Source: the human T2T-CHM13v2.0 reference genome, Homo sapiens. From it: a stretch of DNA of 64,000 nucleotides. The position numbers and the translations under genes were made by a program. Location: assembly GCF_009914755.1 (NCBI RefSeq), contig NC_060933.1. One strand, 5' to 3'. The notes below the pieces were generated by a model. It saw nothing but the letters and a program-made list of their open reading frames with translations. It ran no database searches and was not told the origin of the DNA. Positions 25,873-39,797 of the stretch are shown in pieces. Every line of letters begins with the position of its first letter. Position 1 is the first letter of the stretch.

Positions 25873-27123
25873 AATACAAATTAAAGGAATGAGATTCATT
25901 CACCTATCATATTGGCAAAATAAGTTATGGTATATCCATATAATAAGATTTGGATATGCAATACAAGGCAGGTCTTTTAAAGATAACTTAATCACTATTA
26001 ATGAACTTGGAAAGGCAACCACAGTGTGTTAAATGAAGAGAGCAAAAATTCTAGTTCAATAAGTATGGTATGTTCCCATTTTCTATAAATACATTTTGTC
26101 TTTGTGGCTATAAAGAAAAGATTCCTGAAAACCATATACCGGACTGTTAATAGTCGTTTCCTCTAGGGAATGGGATGAAGGGGTGATATTCTAAACTTTT
26201 TACTTTTCTTTTGCATTACTTGATTTTTTTTTTACAGTTTTACAGTAAGCATGTATTACTTTTGAATTAAAAACAAAAACATAAAACCTTATTTCTGATT
26301 AGGTTGTTTTCTAATCTATGCCTGGAATATGTTCCCTTCTTAAAATGCTTTTTGCACATTGCCATAACTGTTTACTTGTTTAACTTTCCAGCCTGACTGT
26401 AATCATCCTGAGGGGATGCTGTCTATTTGGTCTCTGCTGATTCCCTAACACCTGGCACTGATCCTGACATTAATGGGTGCCAGTTAATATTTGCTGAATA
26501 AACACATTCTCTCCTTAATATTTCTGGGCTCTCCCCTGTTCTATCTGTACTCTCTGTTGTAGGGTATAAAAGGTAGTCAATCAGTAGCATCCCCTTCCTA
26601 GCCCCAGTTATCAACAAGCTGAGAAGTAACACAAAGACAGGTGGCATAAAAAAAAGAGTAAGTTAAGTTGGAGGATATAGTAGAATATAAGAACCAAATC
26701 AGCCAACTGCCTGCAGCCTGTAATTAGACAGACTTCCCACCATCAGAGGCAGCCGTGGACCAGGGTAAGACTCCTATGTAGAAGGCCTGCCTGGACCGAC
26801 TGCACAGAGGAGCAGCAGAGGACCCAGGTCACCGGGGCCGTTGAGAACAGCTTGATTCTAAGAGGGGAAAGGGAGGAGCTGAGTTGAGTTTCTTATTCTC
26901 CAAATTGTATCAAGTTACTCCTCCCTGGGGAAGAACAAAAGGGTGGAGACAGGGCATGCAAATCATAGTTTACCCTGGAAGGAAATTTCAGAAATGGGGA
27001 AGAGTTGTCCCTCTACCAACTCCAACTGCCATTTGTTCATAGTTTGTGCCTTATTTCTTATCCAGGACTGGTTTCTGACTGATCTCTCTCCATTCAGTCT
27101 TCAATCCATTTATCCATTCAGAT

Positions 27124-27280
27124 CTCTTTCTTTCTTTCTTTCCTTTTCTTTCTTTCTTTCTTTTTTCTTTCTTCTTTTTCTTTTTCTTTCTTTTCTCTTT
27201 TTCTTTTTTTCTTCCTTCTTTCTTTTTTTCTTTCTTCTTTCTTTCTTTTCTTCTTTCCTTCTTTCTTTCTTTCCTTCTTC
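27124..27280 (+). repeat. Pure polypyrimidine (CTTT/CTT)n tract
   Basis: About 155 nt containing only C and T. Confidence 0.95.
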
Positions 27281-27590
<310 letters not shown>

Positions 27591-29081
27591 TCAGCTTGTG
27601 TGGGTGGCACACCTGAGCACCGCCTTACACAGGGGCTAAGGATCTGACATAAGTGAGATCAGCTGCCTTACAAACAAGAGAGCCTGTTCTCCTTCAGCTG
27701 ATGCTTGTCATGCCTTGAAGAGCAGTATCCAACCTCAAAGATCAACCAGACCCTCTCCAAAGCTTGACCTTCCTGTCTTACAGAGATACTCAGGGACTAA
27801 TTCTGCCCTTTATTGTTTTTTGTCTCTTTAAGGATTTTCTTTTCTAACCTTAAAAATGGGAAATTCAATAACCTAAATCTGTTACATTGTTTAGTAGCTT
27901 TCACTTTTTCATTTTAATTTGTCATTCTGACAGTGGTGTGAACAACGTAGAAAATCATACTAGGAGTCAGTAAACTTTGTTTTCCACATTTGCCAAAATC
28001 ATCCCTTGGGTCATGTTTTTTTAAGACTACAAGAAAAGGGTTCAGTATCAGGAATTAGAGAACTCTTCTTGCTGACCTGCCTATAAAGGATTTGATCGTG
28101 GAAGCCTGTCCGTATTACTGATTCAGTAGCTCCTCTGAATCTATTTACTCACAACCTTTATTAAGTCCCTCATGTGTGTCAGATGCCACGTTAGTAACTG
28201 GGGACACATGGCCTGACCTTAGGGAGGTCTATAATTTAGCACAGAAAGGTGTAGAAACAAGTGCCATAAAGGATTATAGATGCTGTGGTGGTGTGAAGTG
28301 TGTGTGTTTAAGGTGTGGGGCAGAGGAGACAGTGGTCAATTCTAATGAGGATAAGGAATTTCTGGAAGTTCTTCATAGAGGATATGATGCTTAAGCTTTG
28401 CCTGGCACAGGCATTGGGGAAAGAGCAGACATTGAAGCCAATATTCTTTTTCCAACCTTGAAGCCCAGAATCTTCTAGCTGTGTAACACTGGGCTGGGGA
28501 ACCTTTGAGCCTGCTTCCAGATCTGTAACATTAGAATAATAATAGTAATCTCATACTGTGGGGGTGAAGCTTACGTTGGTTAGCTCTGAAAGTGCATCAT
28601 CAGCATGAAACTGCCATTTCTGGAAGCAATCACTTTCTGGTTCTTATAAAAGAGCCCATTGTAAGGGGCAAATGAGGAAGATTCACACTGGCTGCCTCAG
28701 ACAGGGATCTCCACATGGAAACATTAAAGAACAGACAGTTTCTGGTGGAGTGGGTGAGTAGGGGAAAGGATATTCAAATCCAAACTACCTGTACTTGAAA
28801 GACCTCTAGTTAAAAGTGTCTGAAAAGCCAGTGTCCTTGAGCTGTCCTTGGTACTGATCTCGCCAAGGCTTAACTCTTGTTATCTTGGGAAAGCCTGCTT
28901 GGCTCTCTGCCGTGTCACTTTGCAGGGTCTGAACTGTTGCCTCCATCCAGCAATAACATGATGGATTTTACCATATTCTCCAGCCGCCTGAGAGGAGTGC
29001 TGGGCTCCCATTCTAAACTTCTGCTGTGGAAACTCACATCACTCCCACAAATGCATAGGAAATGTTTAGTTCTTGCTAGAG

Positions 29082-29315
29082 CAGTGGTTCTCAACCAGGG
29101 CCAATTTTGTCCCCCAGGGAACACTTGGCAATGTCTGGAGATATTTTTAGTTGTCACAATTCAGAGGTGGGGGCATTTGCTTGTGGCCCCCAGAAGCTAG
29201 AGGCCAGGGATGCTGCTAAACGTTCTGCAACACACAGGACAGTTCCCCACAGCAAAGAATTATCTGGCCAATCTGGACCAAAACATCAGTAGTACAAACA
29301 CAGAAACCATGCTTT
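29082..29315. mobile_element. MER20 (hAT-Charlie) relic
   Basis: cagtggttctcaacc...ttggcaatgtctggagatatttttagttgtcacaa matches the recalled MER20 consensus. Confidence 0.75.
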
Positions 29316-29394
29316 AGAGTTGAGGCAGTTGGTGTGGTAATTAGAACTTTGCTGGACATAAGTCTGGCTTAATGATCTGGATTTACCATTGTAA

Positions 29395-29598
<204 letters not shown>

Positions 29599-29828
29599 AA
29601 GCCTTATTTTCTATGTGTGAATGTTTAGGCTCCTGAACTAGATGGCCTCAATGCCACCTGTCTGTTCTAACTCAACATATCTTCAGTCCATAAATACTTG
29701 GTGAGTAGCATGCTCCTAGCAACTAACATTCTGTGAGACTATTAATATAAAATATAATGGAATGTATAAAATAAAGGAACAGAATGGGTAAAAGTTGTAA
29801 GAGCTGATATGATAAAAGGTGACTACTC

Positions 29829-30024
<196 letters not shown>

Positions 30025-30397
30025 GGTTACTACTTAAATATATACCAAATTTATATATAATATGCATGCTAGACAAAACACAGACTATAGATCTTCAAGT
30101 GGCGAGAAGAATGACACCTTTACTAGCAGTTAAAGAAATATAAAATATGCCACTTTTCCTAATCTTCGGAAAGAAGCAACTCAGTGGCATTGGGACTGTG
30201 AGGAAACAGATGCACTTAGATATTCTTCTGTCTCTGAACAAACACAATCTGGCACTATGAAACAGTAGCAACAAATGTGGTTCTTCAGCTCAATCAAATT
30301 ATTCCGTTACAAAAAGTGTACCTGAAATTCATTGTTACATCTATAAAATTCATAGGAACCTAATATTTTAAAGTAAACACATACTAGATTACCCCCA

Positions 30398-30657
30398 ACA
30401 CACACACACACACACACACACTTTATCCACTAAACAGTGGATAACAGACACACACACACACACACTTTATCCACTAAACAGTGGATAACAGACACACACA
30501 CACACACTTTATCCACTAAACAGTGGATAACAGACACACATACACACTTTATCCGCTACACAGTGGATAACAGACACACACACACACACTGTATCCACTA
30601 AACAGTGGATAACAGGCACACACACACACACTTTATCCATAAAACAGTGGATAAAGT
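30398..30657. repeat. Minisatellite: 6 x [(CA)n + TTATCCACT-AAAC-AGTGGATAA hairpin], period 40-44 bp
   Basis: Hairpin units start at 30422, 30466, 30508, 30548, 30590 and 30632. Confidence 0.95.
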
Positions 30658-33600
30658 CACTGGATTTAAAGAGTTAATTTTCAGAATTAGGAATAATCCT
30701 TTGTATTATGTCTTCCTCTTAAATATCTTAAATACCAGCTTTAGAGTTCATGGGGGCCAGGGAGGCACACAGGTTCCAGAAGGAAAGGAGCCATCCTGGA
30801 TTGTGGGCCCACCCTTCAGGAGAGGAAGGTGAGAAGCTCCTGGTGCAACTTTCCATGTGGAGATCCCTGTCTGAGGCAGCCAGTGTGGGTCTTCCTCATT
30901 TTCCCCTCACAAGAGGCTCTTTTACAAGAAGAACCAGATAGAGGTTGCTTCCAGGAATGGCAGTTTCAGGTTGGTGATGCAGTTTAAATATAGAGACCTC
31001 TACCACGCTGGTTCCAAGTGACTTGACAAGGACATGCCAACCTAGCTGTGCCAAGGAGAGAGAACACATCTTAGGATGCCATCTTTTCATGACCCTCCAT
31101 TGCACCTCCCCTGAGTGTGAGGAAACAGACATCTTTATTCTGCCTACAGGTCAGGGATGAAGAAGTAGCTTCCACCACCACCACCACATGCAGGAAAAGC
31201 TCCAACTAAAGGAGTGAATCTAGGAAGTATTCTTCTGCTCCCTAAAGTCTCACTTGAGCCTACAGCATTTTCAGAAGACTCTTCAAAAGAGAATTCAAAG
31301 ACTGTCAGATGTAAGCAGTGACTGAAACAAAGGCAATGAGATGAGAGGTGGAAAGGAGACCAAATGTAAAAGACAGCAGAAACTTGAGTGGACGGTGGCA
31401 CAAAGCAAGACCAAAGGGCAGCAGCTGTCCCCACCCTGGGCACAAAAGGTTGGTTGCATGTACATATGGTACTGGATCAATACTGCATACTGCAAACACT
31501 GCAGGTATGGGCATGTGTGCACATGGTCAATTGCATTTGCATGTATACATATGCATTAAGATATCTTTATGAACACAAATGCATATGTGTATTAAATGCA
31601 TGTGTGTATATGAACATGTGGACAAAAGTATGCAAATGTCCATACCTGCAGTGTCACATACTGAATGTTATATGGAGAACATTTTGGTAATTTTAGGCGT
31701 CCTAGCATCCAGGGAACAATGTGCTCCTCAAAGCAAACCCATTGGTGTGTGAGGGGAACCCTGTTCATATCTTTGGTCATAAGCCAACTGGCTGTTGGTT
31801 GGATGACACCTAAGAAATCCTCAGAGGAGTTGTTCCCTGATTGATGTGGAGAGGGAGATGGCTGCCTGGGGTGGAGGCCATCACTGCCTCTATTAATCCA
31901 GGGACCAGCAGCATCAGTGCCCAGCAGACTAGGCAGGGCACTCAGCACACACAATTATCAGGCCCCTAGGTTGTGCCAGAGTGTTACGAGCTACAGTGGT
32001 GGTCTTTCCCTTTTGTAAGACCTCCATGACTTTGCTCCAGTAGTTTTCCTTCCTGGAATGTCTGCTCAATGTTTGGGGCCTAGCTCCAGTGACACTGCTG
32101 CATTCAGGAAGCCTTCTCTTGTCTCCACCTCCTCTTCTCCCAAGTTGAAATGTATCGCTACATTCCCAATGCACTGTTTCTATCTTGGCCCATTGTCATG
32201 TGAATACCTGCCTCTCATGTGTATGAGAAACATGATTTATCTATCTTTGCATTTGCACCATCTGGTGTAGTACCAAGCATTTAATATGTTTCAGTGTACT
32301 GTTGATCTGAAATGGCTCCTCAGTCTTGCCCCTGTATTTGGGGTATGATGAGTGCACACATCCTTCCTCTGATTAAGGCAAGTAACATTTAATCACTTCT
32401 GGGGTCTCATAGTGTAGCGAAAAATACAGAAATTTAAAACATCATTTTAATAAAGTGGTGACAGGGTACAGATGCAGAAGTTGCACATATTTGGGCCTCA
32501 GAGTGACAGTGCGGGCACGGTTGCTCACCATGCAGTCCTTTAGCTGGTGCCTGGGGTAGGGAATGGCCTGGCAACTGGGAAGGGACAGAGAAGCCCTGCC
32601 AGCCAGCAAGGCCAGGTGGCTTTCCCATGAGCTGCTGAAACCTACCCAGGGCGCGGGGCTTCATTCCTTTGCCAGGATGAAACACCCGGATAGGGACACA
32701 ACCGTTCTCATGGAACCAGGCAGGTCGTTCGTGTTCCCCGCCCAGCTCCAGCATCCAGCCCAGTGCCTAAGGGAGGAAATGCCCTTCCTAGCCAAACCTG
32801 GTTTCAGCTTCCAACCATGATGGGAATTGTGTTCTCTGGCTTGGGAAATACATAATGGAGACAGACAATCTGGAGGTTTTGACCCCATCTGCCTCAGCCT
32901 GGCCAGAGGAACCAACATGAGGATGATCCACCTTCGGAGGATGCCCCTGTCTTTACCAGCAACCTTGTGACCTTGGGCCAGCCATTTCTCCTCTGAGTTT
33001 TCTCCTCAAGGCTGTGAATCCACAAAGACAGGGACTGTAAATGCTGCATTCACCACTGAATTCTAATCACGTACCTGTGCTGGCACATAGGTACGCTCAA
33101 TAGATATTTTAAAAGTATGTGAATGTATCTCATCTGCTCTAGAATACTGTTTTAGAAATAAAGGACACTTTTACTCATAAAACTAAGTGGGTTCAGCTAA
33201 AATCATGATCTTATTTTGTCTTTTTTTCTCCACTGGGGATATTCTCGCACCCCAGAGGTTACTCACACATTCCTCAAATGACACGGAAAGTAGAGGAGTG
33301 GAGTGGAAGTTGAGATCGAGGGTCATTCTTCCAACTATTGGGCTTACTCAAGTAGTTTAGGGAAGACACCTCAGAGGGGTAGTTTGGTGGGAGGGGAAAT
33401 TCTGTGGTCTGGGAGCCAGGAAACTTGTTCTGTTTCCAGGTGGCACCAGTAGCTGTGTAAGCTGTGACAGGCCCAGGCACTGGACACAGGCTCTGTGGCC
33501 CTTCTCACCCCTCCCTTCCCAGGTGCCCATCCAGACCATGCATATGAGGACATCTCTGTCTCAGGGACACAGGCAGCCCCTCTCCATGTGCATGGGAGAT

Positions 33601-33976
33601 AGTTCTTAATATTAACAAAAAACTGCCACTGCCATGCTGGGCACTTCAGGCCGCAGCTCAGTGTTTCTTAACTCAGGAGTGTTCCAAACACCTCAGCAGC
33701 AAGACCCTATGGAGGCCAGTCCCTCCTTGGTATCTTTTATGTAAGAGAAGAGTTGGTTCAGCTTCACAATCAGGACAAGGAGGGCCAGCTGCAGCCCAGG
33801 GCGGGAGGACAAGCCCAGGTCTCAGAATTGGAGTTGAAAGATTGTTAGCAGGTGTCAGAAGATCTGGAAACTGGTCATTAGAAATTGTACAACCTAGAAA
33901 ATCTGTTTAGCCTCTGTGGACTATCACTTTTGGGACAGTCAGTGAGACAATGCAGATGAAAAGTAGATTCCTAAAC

Positions 33977-34085
33977 TGGGCACAGTAGTGCGTGCTGTAA
34001 TCCCAGCTATTCAGGAGGCTGAGGCAGGAGGTTCATTTGAGCCCAGGAGCTCGAGACCAAGCTAGGCAACATAGCGACACCCTGT
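33977..34085 (+). mobile_element. FLAM / Alu monomer
   Basis: Single Alu monomer consensus. Confidence 0.7.
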
Positions 34086-35193
34086 TTTTTTTTTTTTTTT
34101 TTAAAAAAAGCATGTTCTTTTACTAAACAGCTGTTGAAATTTAAATATTTACACCCTATCTTTCACAAAGCCCATTTTTCTGAGAAGAAAAAGGAAACTG
34201 GTAGAACTTCATTCTTCTTGGAAGAATTGTCAAGATGATCTTTGCACAACCCTCTGAGATCATTTCTCTCCTTTGCTCAGAGATATTTAATGCAGGAATT
34301 GCTGCTCTTTTCTTTTTTGTGAATCTGATTAAAATTATGGATCCTCTCGAGAGAGAGAAGTGCCCCTGCACTGACGCACATAAAGTTTTGCATATAACTT
34401 CTGTGGCTGTTTTACACCCGGAAGTCTATGAATCCAGGTTGCAAAAATCCAGAAAAGGAATGTTTGAACTCTGAAGCATCTCAGAAGCCAAGATTATGAT
34501 CCTTGATTACACTGGCCAAGCCAGTCTAGACAGTGCCAGTAGCCTGCCCTGTCTCTCAACTTCTGGTTCATCTCCAGGGAATGTTCAGTTCAGACCTACC
34601 AAAGTTGACAGTCCAGGCAAAATCTGCCTTTGAATAGCAGTTCCCTCACCCTCGCTGCTCCTCGGACACTCTCAGCTGCCCTCAATGCATGGCACTGGTG
34701 TGGGAATAGGTACAATGGTGAAGCAGTCAGAGGCAGGTGGAGACCTTGTGGTGATGAAATCAGAGCTGGCTTCCAGCTCTGCTCTGCCACCAGTACTGCT
34801 TGGTCCTTGGCAGGTCAGGTCCCTTGATCCCAGGCCAGCGCTCCTCCCTCCCTCTGCTGTACCACTGACCTAGGCTCATCTGCAGAGCCACGCCTGGAAA
34901 GTCACACTTGAGGAAACAGGCTGCCTCCTAGGAGAGATCCCAGCTTGAATAAAGGCTCCCACTAAATCCAAGAACCTCAGAGAAGGGCAACAGTGCAGGT
35001 GTGGAGCTCACACTGTGCTTTCTTTCATAGAGCATAACAGATGTTCTGTACTGTCCCTAAAAAGGGACAGGAATGGAAAATGACCCTCCTCAGCCTTTCA
35101 AAAGTTTGGGGCCAAAGTATTGTCCCCACTGTGGTGTCCTGTTGGAGATTTAGATCTCACATTGGGTCAGTGTCTGGAGGGTAAGAAGCTTCA

Positions 35194-35358
35194 GCTGGAC
35201 ACAGTGGCCCACACCTGTAATACCAGCACTTTGGGAGGCCAAGGTAGGAGGATTGCTTGAGCCCAGGAGTTGGAAGTTACAGTGAGTTATGATCGCACCA
35301 CTGTACTCCAGCCTGGGTGACAGAGGGAGACTCTGTCTCAAAAAAAAAAAAAAAAAAG
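35194..35358 (+). mobile_element. FRAM / Alu monomer
   Basis: Right-monomer-like sequence with A-tail; flanking repeat aagaagctt. Confidence 0.75.
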
Positions 35359-37159
35359 AAGAAGAAGAAGCTTGGAAGTGTTCCTGATAGACCAGAATAC
35401 CTGAAGTCAGTGAACCAGAGCTGCAGCCCCAGCTCTTCCTTTGCCCTCTAAGTGTCTTCAGGGAAGGCACTATCTTTTCTGGCATCAGTTTTCTCTACTA
35501 TCAAATAGAAAGTATTTAACACAATGATCCCCAAGGTTTTCTCATATCAAAATGTCTCACAATCTCTGTTATTTATTCACTCCTTACCAAGCAAATGCCT
35601 CTAAGGCAGTGCCTGATTTCTGCTTATCACAGGTACCCTTCATTTTTTATGGGCTCAGGTCCCTTGGAGAGAAAACAGAGACATACACTTAGCATCTCAG
35701 CACAATTCCCTCCTTACCGGGCACTGTCACAATGGCACTTTGGGAAAGAGCAGCCAGGTTGTGATGGTTCTCTCATTTTACAGATGAGGAAAGCGTTTCA
35801 GAGAGGCTGTATGACTCACCCAGAGTCAAACATGGACTCACAGGATGTCAGTGTTAGAAAAGATGTCAGAGATTAAAAGAAGATAATCCTCACTGTCATT
35901 TTATTGATAAGGAAACAGGCCCAGGTAGTGACAACGGTGGCACCCTCAGATTCTAAGACTCCTAGTCCTGAGTTCTTCCCATAAAACTGCTTCCATTTCA
36001 CCATTTGTAAACTGAGGCTAATCATACTGCCCAACTCATAGGGTAGTTGTGAGCCCTTAGCACTTACAGGTAAACACTCAATCAATAACAGCCATTATAT
36101 GATGCTGCCTGCACTACCTCCTATATCCATTTAAGATTTATCCATGACATCTTTGGCTAGAACTACCCCAAACAGACTTTTCATAAAACATTCAACTTTT
36201 TGTCACCTGCAGTGGGGAACTGAGAATGGGTTGGGTAAATAAAGATGAGTGAGGACCGAGAGAGTTGAGGGCCTATTGTTTGGGGGTGGGAAGGTAGCTG
36301 TGCCATTGGGAAAGATTCTCCTACAGATGTAGAAGAATCCAGAGCCCAACAGTCCCCCGTTGCAGAGATGAACACAATGGAGAGGGACATCCGGGCCCAA
36401 CTGGCAGCTCACAAAGAGTTATTGTCACTGTGTTTGACCTTGTTCAATGTCCCTGAAACAAGGGCAGCTGAGTTCTTGTGACAATCAGTGCCAGTCATCG
36501 GAGCACAAAACAAGCTCTGTGTGAGTTCCTGCCTCTCTTCACATGATGTTATCTCATTTTGCATGGCACTTTACAGTTTATCCAGGATGAGACTTAGGCA
36601 GACTTTATCTTACCTTGTCCCACAGAATCCCTGTGCAGGGGACAGAGAATATCTGTCATCATCTCACAAGATTTCATCTCCATTTTACAAGCTAGAAACT
36701 GAGATGCAGAGACTGTTGAATGACTTTATATAAGGTCACACAGGACACAGCTTAGCCAAGACCCAAACTATTGTTTTTGATTCCTTATTTAGTCCTGTCC
36801 GAGTCTTCTCTCCAAAGGACTATACTGATCAAGTGATTTTAGTGTCTTCCATTGCTCGACTCAAATGATAATTACTCTGAGAAGTTTTATACAGTTCTGT
36901 GTGAAGGTCATATTCTTTCTTTGTTCTGGTTTTCTGTGCCTACCCCAAGCTATCATGAAACTACAATAGAGCGCTGAATATACCGCCTCATGTGCTGGAA
37001 TGGAGCCCTTCAACATAATTAAAGGATCACAAGCATTTGTGCTCCAGGAAATCTCCAGGCCCTATGGTGATGACTTGTCATTTTAAGTAATCACGTTTTT
37101 TAATAAAGCAGTATTTCTAAGAATTGCAAAGGACCTCTGAGTGTCAGAGAAAATAGACT

Positions 37160-38770
37160 GACACAGCAATTCCACTCCTAGGTATTTGCTGAATAAAAAT
37201 GAAAGCATATATCCACAGAATCACTTGTACATGAGAGTTTATTGTTGCTGGAAACAACCCAAATATACATTGACAGGAAAAATATATCCACACAGTGGAA
37301 CCCTACTTAGCAATAAAGAAGAACGAACCTCATAGCTCAGTCTAATCTCAGAGACACTGGGTTTACTGTTGCGGGAAGTCAGGAACCCCAAATGGAGGGA
37401 CCAGCTGAAGCCATGGCAGAAGAACATAAATTGTGAAGATTTCATGGACATTTATTAGTTCCCCAAATTAATACTTTTATAATTTCTTATGCCTGTCTTT
37501 ACTGCAATCTCTGAACATAAATTGTGAAGATTTCATGGACACTTATCACTTCCCCAATCAATACCCTTGTGATTTCCTATGCCTGTCTTTACTTTAATCT
37601 CTTAATCCCGTTATCTTCGTAAGCTGAGGAGGATGTATGTTGCCTCAGGACCCTGTGATGATTGTGTTAACTGCACAAATTGTTTGTAGAGCATGTGTGT
37701 TTGAACAATATGAAATCTGGGCACCTTGAAAAAAGAACAGGATAACAGCAATGTTCAGGTAACAAGAAAGATAACCTTAAACTCTGACTGCTGGTAAGCT
37801 GGGCAGAACAGAGACATATTTCTCTTCTTTCAAAAGCAAATGGGAGAAATATCGCTGAATTCTTTTTCTCAGCAGGGAACATTCCTGAGAAAGAGAATGT
37901 GTCCCTGAGGGTAGGCCTCTGAAATGGCCGCTTCGGAAGGCGGCTGTCTTTTATGGTTGAAGCTGTAGGGGTGAAATAAGCCCCAGTCTCCCATAGCGCT
38001 CCCAGGCTTATTAGGATGAGGAAATTCTCGCCTAATAAATTTTGGTCAGACTGGTTGTCTGCTCTCAAACCCTGCTCCTGATAAGATGTTATCAATGACA
38101 ATACGTGCCCGAAATTTCATTGCGAATTTTAATTTCGCTCCGGTCCTGTGGTCCTGTGATCTCACCCTGCCTCCATTTGCCTTGTGATGTCTTATTACCT
38201 TGTGAAGCATGTTATCTCTGTGACCCACACCCTATTCGTACACTCCCTCCCCTTTTGAAAATCACTAATAAAAACTTGCTGGTTTTATGGTTCAGGGGGC
38301 ATCACGGAACCTGCCGACATGTGATGTCTCCCCCATACACCCAGCTTTAAAATTTCTCTCTTTTGTACTCTGTCCCTTTATTTCTCAGACCGGCCGACAC
38401 TTAGGGAATATAGAAAAGAACCTACGTGAAATATTGGGGGTGAATTTCACCCGATATCTGGCTGAATTTCCCCCAATAGTTTACCAAAAGAAGCCAAACA
38501 CAAGTGAGTACATACTGTGTGATTCTATTTAGATGACCTTCCAGAACAGACAGAACTAAACTATAGTGATAAAAATCAGAATAATGGTTGTAGAGGGGAG
38601 GAGGGGTGGTGGGAATAATTGAATAGAAAGAGGCACAAGGTAATTTTCTAAGGTGATGGAAAAGTTTATATCTTGTTTAGGACGATAGTTTTATAGATGT
38701 GTACATTTATCAATGCTCACCAAAGTGTATGTTATAACTTGTTTAGTAAGTTAATTATACCTTATTAAAT
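37160..38770 (+). mobile_element. Old L1 3' fragment (L1M-type) interrupted by MER11
   Basis: cagcaattccactcctaggtat...aaagaagccaaacacaa...atactgtgtgattc...ggtgatggaa motifs of L1M 3' ends. Confidence 0.65.
37367..38478 (+). mobile_element. MER11 solo LTR (HERV-K11/HML-8), 1,112 bp
   Basis: Begins TGTTGCGGGAAGTCAGG, has an internal tandem repeat (ataaattgtgaagatttcatggac twice) and AATAAA, ends ...ttcccccaata. Perfect 6-bp TSD GTTTAC at 37361-37366 and 38479-38484. Confidence 0.9.
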
Positions 38771-38862
38771 TATACCTCATTTTTAAAGGTCCAAATTGAG
38801 GGAAGAGCAAGAGTTACTTTAGGAAAATGTGTTTTCCTTACAACTCTATTCACTCTTACACT

Positions 38863-39377
38863 TTGTTCTGCATATGGTTCCATAGGTTAGTGATATATAT
38901 TAGATACATATATATAAATATATATGTATTTAGTTTACATCTCCATTTTATAATGTACAAGATATTTTACAATATACAATATACAATACTTATACACAAT
39001 TGTGTATAAATAAACTCATATATTTAGTTTACATCTCCATTTTACAAGCTGGAAACTGAGATGCAGAGATGGTTGAACAACTTTATTCAAGACAAGACAG
39101 TTTTGTTTTGTCTGTTCTGGAAGGTCATCTAGATAGAATCATACAGTATGTACTCAGTGTCTCTGAGATTAGACTGAGCTATGACGTTTGGTCTTTTTTG
39201 TTGCTGAGTAGGGTTCCACTGTGTAGATACAGTTTTCCTGTCAATGTGTATTTGGGTTGTTTCCAGCAACAATAAACTCTCATGTACAAGTGATTCTGTG
39301 AACATATGCTTTCATTTTATACAAATATATATCTAACTAATATATATCACTAACCTATGGAACCATATGCAGAACAA
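38863..39377. repeat. Patchwork of locally templated copies bracketed by a perfect 41-bp inverted repeat
   Basis: Inverted repeat 38863-38903 / 39337-39377; direct repeat 38927-38950 / 39021-39044; copies of ~36675-36740 and, inverted, of ~37196-37358 plus ~38506-38555. Confidence 0.85.
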
Positions 39378-39494
39378 CCCATAATATATATCTCTAACAA
39401 ATATTATATATATATATATATAATGTGGTCACTTTGAGGAAGACTTTCAGAATGATCCTTGGCTTTTTGATATTTAGTCAACCTAACATGTTTT

Positions 39495-39797
39495 TTCTTT
39501 TTCCTTTTTTCATTTTAGAGACTGGGTCTTTCTCTGGCACACAGGCTTCAGTGCAGTGATACAATCATAGCTCACTCCAACCTCTGTCTCCTGGGCTCAA
39601 GTGATCCTCCCACCTCAGCCTCCTGAATAGCTAGAGCTACAGCATGCACCACCATGCCTAGCTAATATTTTAGTTTTTTGTAGAGATGGGAGTGTCTCTC
39701 TATGTTGCCCAGGCTGGTCTTGAGCTCTGGCCTCAAGTTATTCTCCCACCTTGGCCTGACAAAGCACTGGGATTACAGGTGTGAGCCATCATGCCCA
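39495..39797 (-). mobile_element. Alu (AluJ-like)
   Basis: Diverged antisense dimer. Confidence 0.85.

Noticed and set aside
30398-30657. CRISPR array or bacterial oriC (DnaA-box-like TTATCCAC)
   Set aside because: The spacers are plain (CA)n rather than unique sequence, there are no cas or dnaA genes, and the context is Alu-rich human DNA. The 9-mer is TTATCCACT, not TTATCCACA.
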